From a virus (lineage: Duplodnaviria; Caudoviricetes): 41,402 nt of DNA. Location of the stretch: IMG/VR virus record IMGVR_UViG_3300033067_000869, positions 1-41,402 of that record, one strand, 5' to 3'. Made by a program: the position numbers and the translations under genes. Below the pieces are notes generated by a model that saw nothing but the letters and a program-made list of their open reading frames with translations, did no database searches and was not told the origin of the DNA. This document shows, one piece after another, positions 27,403-35,951 of this stretch (positions are counted from its first letter, which is position 1; every line of letters begins with the position of its first letter).

Positions 27403-27627
27403 TCAACCTTCTTTCATAAAGAATTTTGCAATTGCAGCAATGCACTCCTTAGAACCACAATTGTACCCCAAACAATCAATTTCAGAATAGGGGCAAAAGT
27501 CTTGATTTTCTTCATCTTTGCACAGATTTAGTTCAAGTTTATATATAACTTTAGCCATCTTCGTAATAGCTTTATCTTGTATTTCTATTTCCTTCTCATA
27601 TTTTGCGCAATGATTACAATTTATCAT
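27403..27627 (-). CDS. Small Cys-rich hypothetical protein
   Basis: RBS AAGGGG; CNHC, CPY..C..C..C. Confidence 0.65.
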   Translation of the reverse strand: MINCNHCAKYEKEIEIQDKAITKMAKVIYKLELNLCKDEENQDFCPYSEIDCLGYNCGSKECIAAIAKFFMKEG

Positions 27628-27639
27628 TTTATATCCCCC

Positions 27640-27840
27640 TTAATTTTTAATTGAATGTACTAATCTTTCAAATGACTTAATAACTAAATACCATAACATG
27701 AACCCTGCCACAATAAACGCCAATACCGTAATGCAAAAGCATAAATATTTGTCTATGTATTGCAATAAGTACTTCGAAGCCTGTTTATAATTGTAAGCAT
27801 AGGTTGCGGTCACGATGAAGAGTATTAAGCCCTTGAACAT
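27640..27840 (-). CDS. Small two-TM membrane protein
   Basis: RBS AGGAGG; two hydrophobic segments. Confidence 0.65.
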   Translation of the reverse strand: MFKGLILFIVTATYAYNYKQASKYLLQYIDKYLCFCITVLAFIVAGFMLWYLVIKSFERLVHSIKN

Positions 27841-27842
27841 TA

Positions 27843-28025
27843 TTAAACCTCCTTCTCTTGCACGGTTTTAACGTTTGAATTTTCATATTTTTCTGCATAT
27901 TCTGATAATGCAAGTATACATATTGTTGTAACGCTCAATACCTCATTTTGTGCAATATTCTTAATCCTCTTGTGCAGTTTTAATGGAATCGACAAGCTCA
28001 TAGGTTTCTTTGCAGGTGCTTTCAT
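27843..28025 (-). CDS. Ribbon-helix-helix (CopG/Arc-like) regulator
   Basis: KPMSLSIPLKLHKRIKNIA..SVTTICILALSEY, RHH beta-alpha-alpha pattern. Confidence 0.7.
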   Translation of the reverse strand: MKAPAKKPMSLSIPLKLHKRIKNIAQNEVLSVTTICILALSEYAEKYENSNVKTVQEKEV

Positions 28026-28053
28026 TTTCATTCCCCCTTTTTTATATATAATT

Positions 28054-28106
28054 AATATCACTTGCATATATATTATCATATATATTTTTTATATGCAAGT
28101 GATATT
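28054..28106 (-). promoter_or_regulatory. Promoter embedded in a 17-bp perfect inverted repeat (operator)
   Basis: AATATCACTTGCATATA-19 nt-TATATGCAAGTGATATT; minus strand TTGCAT-17-TAATAT with TG extension. Confidence 0.7.
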
Positions 28107-28120
28107 GAAACAATATTAAA

Positions 28121-29446
28121 TTATTTTTTTAGGATTATCGTTTTGTTGCCTTCTGATTTTGTAATTTTTCTGCGGTTCAACTCTCCTGCAATTGCTCTAG
28201 CAGTTTTAGTTGATATGTAGTCGCTTTCTTTTCGGGTTGCATTTAAGCCTTTTGCCACTGCCGACATGCCCGGAGCAATATCTCCATTTGAATTTTTGAA
28301 TACATACGCTTTCCAATCCTCTATATCCTTATCGGTGTAGAGTTCTTGTTCTTGCTTAGGTTCTTGTTTTTGTTCTTTTTTTTCAGCTTCAATTTTCTGT
28401 TTTGGTTTAACTGATTCCGTGTTGTCTAATTTAGCGGTTGCAGGATATGTATTGTCGATATGCTTTAACTCTTTTTGTAACGCTCCAAGTTCGCCTTTGT
28501 CAAATATCTTTTTTGTCTTGTCTGTTAATTTTTCTGTTCCCGTTGTGGCTTCATTGTACAAAACACAAATAAGAACTTCGAAACCAATTGATATTATCAG
28601 CCAGAACCAAAATATTGTCTTGCTCAAGCCTGACATTTTGGAGTCACCTGTAAACATGTCGGACATTACTTGCAGTATAGCAAGAGTGCCTTCGGTATTC
28701 TTGTCTTGTAAACTTGAGTAGTCAATTGACCCTAATTGCTTATTCAAGCTGTCAATATCGGTATTAAGCTTTGTAATATTGCTGTCCTCTGAACCCGATT
28801 TGTCAACCGCTGTCAATGAATCCCTTGCCTTAGTTGTCGATTTTATACTGTCCCTTAGTTGATTTATTTCGTTCTGAATTCGTTCAACTTGCCCTGTATA
28901 TCCTTTGCCTACTGCGTATTTCATGTCTGGGGCTTTCTCGTTAATTTGCTGTTGGAGTTCTTTAATTCTTTGGTCGTATTCATTACGCTTTGCCGTTATG
29001 TTTGCTTTATCTTGTGCGGTATATGTTATACTACTCTTTTTTATGTCTTGCGAATTTTTGAGGGCATTTTGTTTGTTTTGGAGTTGTTCTTTGATTGAAG
29101 CTTCTCTATTTTGCATAATAACTCTTTGCTCTTGACGGATTTTATTGTCAAGAATATTTGTTGTGTTAATTGTAAATCCTTGTGAAGCAATAACAGAAAC
29201 GATTGTTGTAAATAACCACAAGCTACCGTAAAGGCTTTTTTTAGTTTTCAAAAACCGTACTAGCATTATAGCTTTTGAAAACTCAAAAACGATTGTCATT
29301 CCTGCAAACAGTATCTTGTGAATCGGGTCTGTTGCATTACTGGTCAACAACATAAATGTGAATGTACCAGATATGATAAACCCTGCTACGAACAAATATA
29401 AGCATAACTTTTTATGATTCTCCAGAAAACTTAATAATTTTTGCAA
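28121..29446 (-). CDS. Membrane-anchored coiled-coil protein
   Basis: Three N-terminal TMs, long coiled coil, fourth TM, charged linker, possible C-terminal winged-HTH. Confidence 0.7.
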   Translation of the reverse strand: MQKLLSFLENHKKLCLYLFVAGFIISGTFTFMLLTSNATDPIHKILFAGMTIVFEFSKAIMLVRFLKTKKSLYGSLWLFTTIVSVIASQGFTINTTNILDNKIRQEQRVIMQNREASIKEQLQNKQNALKNSQDIKKSSITYTAQDKANITAKRNEYDQRIKELQQQINEKAPDMKYAVGKGYTGQVERIQNEINQLRDSIKSTTKARDSLTAVDKSGSEDSNITKLNTDIDSLNKQLGSIDYSSLQDKNTEGTLAILQVMSDMFTGDSKMSGLSKTIFWFWLIISIGFEVLICVLYNEATTGTEKLTDKTKKIFDKGELGALQKELKHIDNTYPATAKLDNTESVKPKQKIEAEKKEQKQEPKQEQELYTDKDIEDWKAYVFKNSNGDIAPGMSAVAKGLNATRKESDYISTKTARAIAGELNRRKITKSEGNKTIILKK

Positions 29447-29544
29447 TTGTAATTCCCCCTTTTATTTATCTATATTTTGTAGTACAGTAAAGGGGATGTA
29501 ACTTCCCCTTTACTTAGCCCTCTTGCAAAGGGCTTATTTTTTTA

Positions 29545-30162
29545 TCATGGGAAGTACTCGGGGTATAACCGATAAACTATTTCTCGAACCATGGCATTTT
29601 TCTTTTTGAATAAAGTTGAATCGTCGCAAGCTAAATAGCCGTATTCCTTCGAATGGCTCAACCAGTTAGCAATCGCACTCATTTTCAACCTGTCGAAATA
29701 AAACATGTCGATAATAAATCCGTAAGGTTCATTCTTTAGGCATTGCAAAGCCCAACACATTTCGTTGATTTTAAATTGGTCGCTATAAATCCTTTTTTGC
29801 AATTCCTTTAGCTGAATTTCAAGGATGTCGTGTGGTTCGCATCGTTCGCCCGAGTTAGGTGTTGGCATTTTTACAATTGACTTTGATTTATTGTTTCCTA
29901 GGCTTATGTCGAATTCTTTCTGTAAGTCAACCATATTAAGTTTGTTATACTCTACTCTTGCAATGTCTTTCGGATGATTTCTCAACCGCTCTTCGGTTAG
30001 GTGAAATAATTCTTCCTTTGTGGGTCTTAACTTATTTAACTCCTGTCCATATGGTGTTAATGCTTTTGTTATCGTTTCTGAAATCAAGTCTTCCAACTGT
30101 CCATATAATAGTCTTAATCGGCTCAAAACATCTACCTCCTTTTTCTCTTGAACGGGTACCAT
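29545..30162 (-). CDS. ArpU/RinA-like late transcription regulator
   Basis: ALQCL..IIDMFYFDRLKMSAIA..STLFKKKNAMVREI sigma-region-4-like C-terminus; start uncertain. Confidence 0.6.
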   Translation of the reverse strand: MVPVQEKKEVDVLSRLRLLYGQLEDLISETITKALTPYGQELNKLRPTKEELFHLTEERLRNHPKDIARVEYNKLNMVDLQKEFDISLGNNKSKSIVKMPTPNSGERCEPHDILEIQLKELQKRIYSDQFKINEMCWALQCLKNEPYGFIIDMFYFDRLKMSAIANWLSHSKEYGYLACDDSTLFKKKNAMVREIVYRLYPEYFP

Positions 30163-30503
30163 AAAAAATTATGAATACCCGCTTTTGTAAATGCGTCCTC
30201 CGCTATATGTAAAAGGCATCCAAAAAATATGCCTAGTGCAAAGAATAGATTTATAAAATAAAAGCACCCTGCGAATATCAAGCTAAACAATAAGCTGTGC
30301 GTCTGTTTTCGGTGCTTTAGAATTTTATGTATAAACTTGGGTAAAATCTTTGAAAGCATTGTCTTTTCGTGGTCTATGTCTGGCAATAAACACCCTAGTA
30401 ACGTTCCAAAGACAAATAAAAAATACCATGTTCCAAATGGTATTTGAAAGTATTGCATTATTGCAGGTGCTATAACTGCAATAACCGTTATTGAGATTAT
30501 CAT
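30132..30503 (-). CDS. YdjM-family membrane metal-dependent hydrolase
   Basis: GCLLPDIDH, KHRKQTHSL, LHIAEDAFT..G motifs. Confidence 0.8.
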   Translation of the reverse strand: MIISITVIAVIAPAIMQYFQIPFGTWYFLFVFGTLLGCLLPDIDHEKTMLSKILPKFIHKILKHRKQTHSLLFSLIFAGCFYFINLFFALGIFFGCLLHIAEDAFTKAGIHNFLWYPFKRKRR

Positions 30504-30549
30504 ATGTCCTTTACCGTTGAAGTCAATCAGCCCCCTTTGTTTGTGTGTT

Positions 30550-30921
30550 TTAAATTATTATTAATTTTAGTTCCGGATAAACATACTCAAACATTTTCTG
30601 TTTCAACTTGAATACATCTGTTTTCATGCCTTTTACATCTTCAACTATCTTGCAATTAATTGTTGTGTCATAGTAGCTAAAATCAGCCACATAACATATT
30701 GCCCTATAACTTACACCGTTTTTTTTGAATTTTGGCTGTAGTTCAAATGTTTCTTGAAGTTTTAAATCAGTGATACTTCCACTTTGTTCGAGCAACTTCA
30801 ATTCTTTGTAGCGTTTATATTCTTTTTGCGAATCAAATTTTAACTCTCCGTCAACAACTTTTTTATTTTTGAACTTACTTTCACCTTCGCTTTTTCGGTG
30901 CATTGGCAACCATCTATTCAC
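30550..30921 (-). CDS. DUF1064 family PD-(D/E)XK nuclease
   Basis: KFKNKKVVDG..FDSQKE..LKLQETFEL..YVADFSY..VEDVKG. Confidence 0.85.
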   Translation of the reverse strand: MNRWLPMHRKSEGESKFKNKKVVDGELKFDSQKEYKRYKELKLLEQSGSITDLKLQETFELQPKFKKNGVSYRAICYVADFSYYDTTINCKIVEDVKGMKTDVFKLKQKMFEYVYPELKLIII

Positions 30922-31109
30922 TCTTTTTCCTCCGTTTCTTTTAAATTTTGGAATTCCTTGCAGTTGATATCTGCTCCCGGTGTGTCAATAGATGTACTCT
31001 GCCACCACGTTGAACCACCTTTGCCACAGTAACGAGTTCCTTGACCATTGCTTTTCAAATATTTGCAATCTTCACAAGATGCAAAATCAGCTTTCAAATA
31101 ATAGCCCAT
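30918..31109 (-). CDS. Small Cys-rich hypothetical protein
   Basis: RBS GGAGGG before MGYY; CEDCKY..YC..CKEF. Confidence 0.6.
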   Translation of the reverse strand: MGYYLKADFASCEDCKYLKSNGQGTRYCGKGGSTWWQSTSIDTPGADINCKEFQNLKETEEKE

Positions 31110-31187
31110 TTTTACCCTCCAATTTTTATAATGTGAATTTATATTACTCACATACAAACACAACAAATTTAATGCCATTCTGTCTCA

Positions 31188-31592
31188 TTAAAACGGTAAA
31201 ACAAATTCACCGTCACTTAAACCGTCAAATTCTTGATTATTTTCTTGAGATTTTTCTTGATTGCTCTCTTGAGTATCTTTCTTTGAATCAAGGAAAGATA
31301 CTTCTTCAACAACTACCTCTGTTGTATAAACTTTTTTACCCTCTTTGTTGTCGTAACTGCCTGTTTCAATTCGTCCAGATACTGCAATTTTGCTACCCTT
31401 TTTGCAATATTTGGATAACAACTCTGCTTGCTTGTCCCATATGGTGCAAATAATAAAGTCTGTACTTTTTTCGCCGTCCTTTTTGAATTTGCGGTCAACG
31501 GCAAGGTTAAATTTTGCAACCGCCTTTTGTGATTGTGTAAAGCGTAATTCAATATCTGCTGTAAGCCTTCCGATTAAGATTGTTTTGTTCAT
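31188..31592 (-). CDS. ssb: Single-stranded DNA-binding protein
   Basis: MNKTILIGRLT..LAVDR..DFI..KGSKIAVSGRIETGSY..acidic tail ending LPF. Confidence 0.95.
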   Translation of the reverse strand: MNKTILIGRLTADIELRFTQSQKAVAKFNLAVDRKFKKDGEKSTDFIICTIWDKQAELLSKYCKKGSKIAVSGRIETGSYDNKEGKKVYTTEVVVEEVSFLDSKKDTQESNQEKSQENNQEFDGLSDGEFVLPF

Positions 31593-31943
31593 CTACATTC
31601 GCCCCCTATCAGTTTTTTGAAAAAATGGTACATGGAACACGAGGTCAATTATCCTCTTAATGTGAAAAGTAAGCTTCTTTTCAACATAATCGCACATTTT
31701 CTTTAACCAAATGCGATTTTGATTTGTGATATAATAAGGGTCTTTTTCATACATAATTAACAAAGCCGTCAAGTTCGCTTGAATACTGTCATGTAATTCA
31801 TTAACAAAAGCGTCTCTTGTCGTCTTTTTAAGCGAATAATTTTGATAAGCTTCTAAAAGTTCATTATGCTCCTCAATTATTTTCTTCATCTGTTCATCGA
31901 ATGTTGTGTGGTATGGATAAATTTCAAGAAACTTTAGTGGCAT
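31593..31943 (-). CDS. MazG-like all-alpha NTP pyrophosphatase-like protein
   Basis: QMKKIIEEHNELLEA...NELHDSIQA (EExxE...ExxD). Confidence 0.55.
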   Translation of the reverse strand: MPLKFLEIYPYHTTFDEQMKKIIEEHNELLEAYQNYSLKKTTRDAFVNELHDSIQANLTALLIMYEKDPYYITNQNRIWLKKMCDYVEKKLTFHIKRIIDLVFHVPFFQKTDRGRM

Positions 31944-32018
31944 TTTTTTCCCCCCTCACTAATATTATGTTTGTGAACAATATGCGCACGAGTCATATAG
32001 CTGAAAATTTGATTACAT

Positions 32019-32345
32019 TCAGGACACCGCATCAACGCTAACCCCCTTAATTTTGTTTATTTTGAAGGTACCGTCAACTAGGTCTTGAAAGCTAAAAGTT
32101 TTCCGGTAGTTGCCGACATCAATAATCATAAAAATAGGACTTTTGTAAATGACATGTCCTTTTGTGCTGATATACTTGTAAAGCTTGCAATTCGGTTTCA
32201 TAATTGTTTCTGTCCCCTCAATGTAGTCACCGCATTGAACCCTTTTAAATACCTTATTTGCTACAGCTTGCTTTGTGTGGCTGTCTGCTAGTCGTTTTTC
32301 GTAATATTCGATTCCGTACCCTCTATTACGGGTATTGTTCTGCAT
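32019..32345 (-). CDS. Hypothetical phage protein
   Basis: RBS GGAGGAGG; 108-aa ORF in the operon. Confidence 0.65.
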   Translation of the reverse strand: MQNNTRNRGYGIEYYEKRLADSHTKQAVANKVFKRVQCGDYIEGTETIMKPNCKLYKYISTKGHVIYKSPIFMIIDVGNYRKTFSFQDLVDGTFKINKIKGVSVDAVS

Positions 32346-32881
32346 GATTTTCCCTCCTCCTCTAACAAAAGTTTTTGTTTGTAATGCTCCAACATGTTTT
32401 TCGTTGAGGTTGGAAGCTTTTGTAATTCGTTGAAATGTTGTGCTTTAACTTTGTAAGACCTCATAAAATTTGATGATATAACACTGCTTACCGTGTCAGT
32501 GTCCATCATTGACCATTCACGAAGTTGCAAAGGTGTTTTTACAACTTCCTGTATTACTTTTGGCAAGCTGTCAAACGACTCTTGAGCGTTATAATAAGAG
32601 TTACTAATTGCTTTATACACTAAGCCCCATGCCTCAATCTCTGTCAATTGTGGCGCAGTGCAAATAAGTTGAATTTTATTTTTTACATCTGCTATACTTG
32701 GTGGAAAGGTATTAGTACAAATTAAAGCTTTTACAGCTTCGAAAACAACTTCAAAAGGTTCGTTAAACATAACCATCCACAAATTAACTATGTCGTTCGC
32801 ATCCTGTGGGCTTACTTTATAAGCTTGAGGATAATTAGCCTTCAACAAACGCAAAATTGAAACTGCTTCGGATTCTACCAT
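32288..32881 (-). CDS. Replicative helicase loader/inhibitor (SPP1 G39P-like)
   Basis: ILRLLKANYP..VNLW..FPPSIADVK..EAWGLV..SNFMRSY; directly after the replisome organiser. Confidence 0.85.
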   Translation of the reverse strand: MVESEAVSILRLLKANYPQAYKVSPQDANDIVNLWMVMFNEPFEVVFEAVKALICTNTFPPSIADVKNKIQLICTAPQLTEIEAWGLVYKAISNSYYNAQESFDSLPKVIQEVVKTPLQLREWSMMDTDTVSSVISSNFMRSYKVKAQHFNELQKLPTSTKNMLEHYKQKLLLEEEGKSCRTIPVIEGTESNITKND

Positions 32882-33702
32882 ATCCCTTTTTCCCTCCCTA
32901 TCTCAGTAAATACATTGTCTTTAGTATTGTTGTTATTGGTTTTATAAGATTGTTTGAGTTCGAAAAAACCTTGATAACCATTAGCAATACTTTGATTTAC
33001 AACAGCTAATTTGTCGCTAAATTTATCAAGGTCTTTTAATAGTAAATTGAGTTGGTATGCAGTTCTAACTGGCTTTTTAATTTGTTTCCGTAAGTCTATA
33101 AAGTTTTCAATTGCAATTTTTAACTCTGAATCATCTGTGTAAGATTGTATTTGTTCAGAAAAATCAACTATGGTTTTTATATTCTTTATCTTATTCTTAT
33201 CTATATCTTTATTATCTTTATCTATATCTACTTCTATAGTGCTAACATTAGTTTTACTGTTAGATTCAATATTAGTTTTACTGTTAGTTTTACTGTTAGT
33301 TTTACATTCAACTAACAGTTTTTGTTCCTCCCTTCTTTTTGCCATATACTCCCTTTGATATTCTCTTTTTGCGTCAATTTGGTCTAATGTTTGGTGTTTG
33401 CTCCAATTTGGTATCGTAATAACATTCTGAATAATTTCAATCATGCCAAAATCTGCAAATGTTTTTAACGCAAGCCTTACAGTATTAATATTTCTGCGGA
33501 ATATTGTTGAAAACATTTCATCGGTGTATGCAATTCTTTCATTCAGCATAAAAACTCCTTTGTTATTGTTTTTTCCTGCTAAACAAAGAAGTTTAAACCA
33601 TATCACTATAACTGCATCAGCTTCGGGCATGCTTTCAATGAGTAATACTTTTTCGTCGTCAAAAATGTCTGTAACAATTTTAATCCATTTAACATCAGAC
33701 AT
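32875..33702 (-). CDS. Phage replisome organiser (Phage_rep_org_N) replication initiator
   Basis: MSDVKWIKIVTDIFDDEK..IWFKLLCLAGK..IAYTDEM..VRLALKTF..IPNWSKHQ. Confidence 0.92.
   Translation of the reverse strand: MSDVKWIKIVTDIFDDEKVLLIESMPEADAVIVIWFKLLCLAGKNNNKGVFMLNERIAYTDEMFSTIFRRNINTVRLALKTFADFGMIEIIQNVITIPNWSKHQTLDQIDAKREYQREYMAKRREEQKLLVECKTNSKTNSKTNIESNSKTNVSTIEVDIDKDNKDIDKNKIKNIKTIVDFSEQIQSYTDDSELKIAIENFIDLRKQIKKPVRTAYQLNLLLKDLDKFSDKLAVVNQSIANGYQGFFELKQSYKTNNNNTKDNVFTEIGREKGIW
33248..33305. repeat. 12-bp iterons inside the initiator gene (probable lytic origin)
   Basis: TTAGTTTTACTG at 33248, 33272, 33284, partial at 33296, degenerate at 33260; adjacent low-complexity AT-rich tract. 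Confidence 0.65.
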
Positions 33703-33713
33703 CTTAGCGCCCC

Positions 33714-33836
33714 CTATTCTACATCATCATCGTAATCTTTGTATTTACAAGCGCCTAGAAATATCAGTACAGTGCCAATTACAAGCAATATTATTGAGCC
33801 AACAAGTGCAATGCACAACGCATCTAACATAGTCAT
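33714..33836 (-). CDS. 40-aa single-TM peptide
   Basis: Not in track; RBS GGAGG; MTMLDALCIALVGSIILLVIGTVLIFLGACKYKDYDDDVE. Confidence 0.65.
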   Translation of the reverse strand: MTMLDALCIALVGSIILLVIGTVLIFLGACKYKDYDDDVE

Positions 33837-33862
33837 AACTTTTTCCTCCATTCGTTACAAAG

Positions 33863-33888
33863 AAAAAAAGCCCTATTCCTCAGGGCTT
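33863..33888 (-). terminator. Intrinsic terminator inside the early operon
   Basis: AAGCCCT/AGGGCTT stem followed by a T-run on the minus strand. Confidence 0.65.
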
Positions 33889-33981
33889 ACTTCCTTTGCT
33901 GTCTTATTGTTTCGATTTGTATGTAACATAAGCTAATAAAAAAAAGTAAGTTTAAAATTGCAAGAATTGCGATAAACATTG

Positions 33982-34791
33982 TTACCTCCTCCATTCGTAG
34001 ATTATTTTTGCATCTCTCCCAGAGTGTAAACGCCAAGTTGTACCGCTAAAACTTGGTACTAAACCTAATTCCCATAAGTCTATACAAGGTTGAAATGGGT
34101 TTATACCGGGTTCATGGTCAACATAGTTCCAACTTGGAACAGTATAAAAACTGGAAGTATAAGCCAAAACCGAATCACCAACCAAATCCCTAACCGAATA
34201 CCAAACCGAATACCAAACCGAATCCCAAACCGAATCACCAACCAAATCCCTAACCAAATCCCTAACCGAATACCAAACCGAATCCCAAACCGAATCACCA
34301 ACCGAAGCACTAACCAAATCCCTAACCGAATACCAAACCGAATACCAAACCGAATCCCAAACCGAATCACCAACCGAAGCACTAACCGAAGCACTAAACA
34401 AAGACCTAACCGAAGACCATTTTTTTAGCAAATCAATTTCAGTTTCGTTAACGGTATCGCCATGTGCGATATTAAAAGGATTTATTAATTCTTTGATTTG
34501 CAATTCTGGAACAATTGTTTTAAAATCCAGTTCCAAACACTGTTTTTTAACCGATTCTGAATCGTCAACAGTGTTAAGTTGGTCAATTGTGAGCTCCCTT
34601 GTTAGAGGGTTATACTCATATTTGTTCATTTTGTCCTCTTTTTCGCCTTTAAATCCGTAGTAGTCTGCTATGGATGTATGAGAATCCGTGTCATATTTTA
34701 GTTTGCCTGATATTATTTTTTTGCGAATCGTAGAATCAAAATACCATATTTTACCTTGTCCATTACTGATACAAGAGAAAAATTTACACAT
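33982..34791 (-). CDS. Phage protein with central (S/L)V-x-x tetrapeptide repeat
   Basis: MCKFFS..DSHTSIA..NKYEYNP..PFQPCIDLWELGLVPSF flanking the repeats; RBS AGGAGG. Confidence 0.8.
   Translation of the reverse strand: MCKFFSCISNGQGKIWYFDSTIRKKIISGKLKYDTDSHTSIADYYGFKGEKEDKMNKYEYNPLTRELTIDQLNTVDDSESVKKQCLELDFKTIVPELQIKELINPFNIAHGDTVNETEIDLLKKWSSVRSLFSASVSASVGDSVWDSVWYSVWYSVRDLVSASVGDSVWDSVWYSVRDLVRDLVGDSVWDSVWYSVWYSVRDLVGDSVLAYTSSFYTVPSWNYVDHEPGINPFQPCIDLWELGLVPSFSGTTWRLHSGRDAKIIYEWRR
34162..34413 (-). repeat. 21 x 12-nt combinatorial coding repeat
   Basis: T(C/T)GGTT alternating with AGTGCT/GGTGAT/TGGGAT/TGGTAT/AGGGAT. Confidence 0.9.
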
Positions 34792-34831
34792 TGTGGAATT
34801 ACCTCCTTTTTTATTGCTCCCCTAAATCCCG

Positions 34832-35728
34832 CTACGCTTCAACGGGTTCGCCTTCTTTTAGTTTCTCTTTTATTGCTGCAACAATTGAGTCATATTCACT
34901 CAAAAGAACTTCTTTTGATGACTTATATCCTTTAGTTTCTAAGACACTCTTCACAAGGTCATTATTGCTTTTTGCAAGTATGTACAACATTTGTGCCTGT
35001 TTGAGGTCTACTACAGTATCAAGAGGCTTGTTTGCTTCTTCAATTGCCTTTGTTATGCTTGAAAAGTTTTTAACATCAAGAATATCGGGTAAATTTCCGA
35101 GTCTAGATTTCTTTACAAGAGCTTTAACATCGTCTTTTTTATCTTTTTGAAGATTAATTACTACGTCCATTAAGCTTTCTACAATTTCAAGTGCATCATA
35201 AGTTTGACCTACTGGTTGAGTTTGTCCGTCTGCACCCTTGCCCCAAACACTCTTTGACCTTGCGACAAGAATTAAATTCATCGGAATATCTTTTAATTGA
35301 TTAAGCATTGTTCTGGCTTTTTCTCGCCTGAAAGAAAACCATTTCGTTTTTTGTAACTGATTCAGTTGGTCAATCGTCTTTCCTATTGATTTTTCATATT
35401 CCTTAGCACACAAGCCTTCCAAATCGTCCAGTAAATCCGTTATCGGGTCAATAATTAGTGTTTTTCTGTCAGGATATTCGCCGTTTAAAATTTCTTTTAA
35501 AATTGACGATGTTAGCATTACAGGACTGCTTAGCTCCTTTGTGGCTTTATCCACCTCACCAACATAAAAATCAAACTGATTAGCATAGAGCCTTGTGCTA
35601 CCCTCTAGGTCAATTGCTAGCGGTGCAGGTGCGCTTAATGCAAACCTAGATTTACCGCTCCCGGGTTCGCCCCACACCATAATTTTAATGTGAACATTAT
35701 CCAGAACAGCTTTTTTTGCAGTAGCCAT
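34832..35728 (-). CDS. Sak4-like AAA ATPase recombination protein
   Basis: IMVWGEPGSGKSRFA Walker A, IDLEGS, TLIIDPIT Walker B, MDVV; RBS GGAGG before MATAKK; ssb in same operon. Confidence 0.85.
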   Translation of the reverse strand: MATAKKAVLDNVHIKIMVWGEPGSGKSRFALSAPAPLAIDLEGSTRLYANQFDFYVGEVDKATKELSSPVMLTSSILKEILNGEYPDRKTLIIDPITDLLDDLEGLCAKEYEKSIGKTIDQLNQLQKTKWFSFRREKARTMLNQLKDIPMNLILVARSKSVWGKGADGQTQPVGQTYDALEIVESLMDVVINLQKDKKDDVKALVKKSRLGNLPDILDVKNFSSITKAIEEANKPLDTVVDLKQAQMLYILAKSNNDLVKSVLETKGYKSSKEVLLSEYDSIVAAIKEKLKEGEPVEA

Positions 35729-35778
35729 TGTGTTACCTCCTGTTATTTTATTTTTTTTTGGAAATATTTCAAAAAAAC

Positions 35779-35807
35779 TTGACAGGATTTGTATATTGCG
35801 ATACAAT
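35779..35807 (+). promoter_or_regulatory. Antisense SigA-type promoter within the early operon
   Basis: TTGACA-17 nt-TACAAT with upstream A-tract; overlapped by imperfect IR CAGGATTTGTAT..ATACAATCCTG. Confidence 0.7.
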
Positions 35808-35820
35808 CCTGCCAATACTA

Positions 35821-35946
35821 TTAATACCAAGCTACTAAATCGCTGTCACAATCAATGTAAGTGTATTTTTGCAACATGGTTAATAGACAACTTGGCGAAT
35901 TGTCCGATTCGTCAAGGTTGTCGAACATGTTTTGTTCTTCGCTCAA
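35821..35946 (-). CDS. 41-aa acidic peptide
   Basis: Not in track; RBS GGGAGG, TTG start, MSEEQNMFDNLDESDNSPSCLLTMLQKYTYIDCDSDLVAWY. Confidence 0.45.
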   Translation of the reverse strand: MSEEQNMFDNLDESDNSPSCLLTMLQKYTYIDCDSDLVAWY

Positions 35947-35951
35947 GTTTA

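Noticed and set aside
34162-34413. Possible CRISPR array or DGR variable region
   Set aside because: Units are contiguous 12-mers with no unique spacers; no cas or reverse transcriptase gene and no adenine-specific TR/VR pair seen.
34090-34428. Overlapping ORFs on both strands (RIPN and IRFG repeats)
   Set aside because: They are by-products of the stop-free 12-nt repeat; only the 33982-34791 frame has an RBS and non-repetitive flanking domains.
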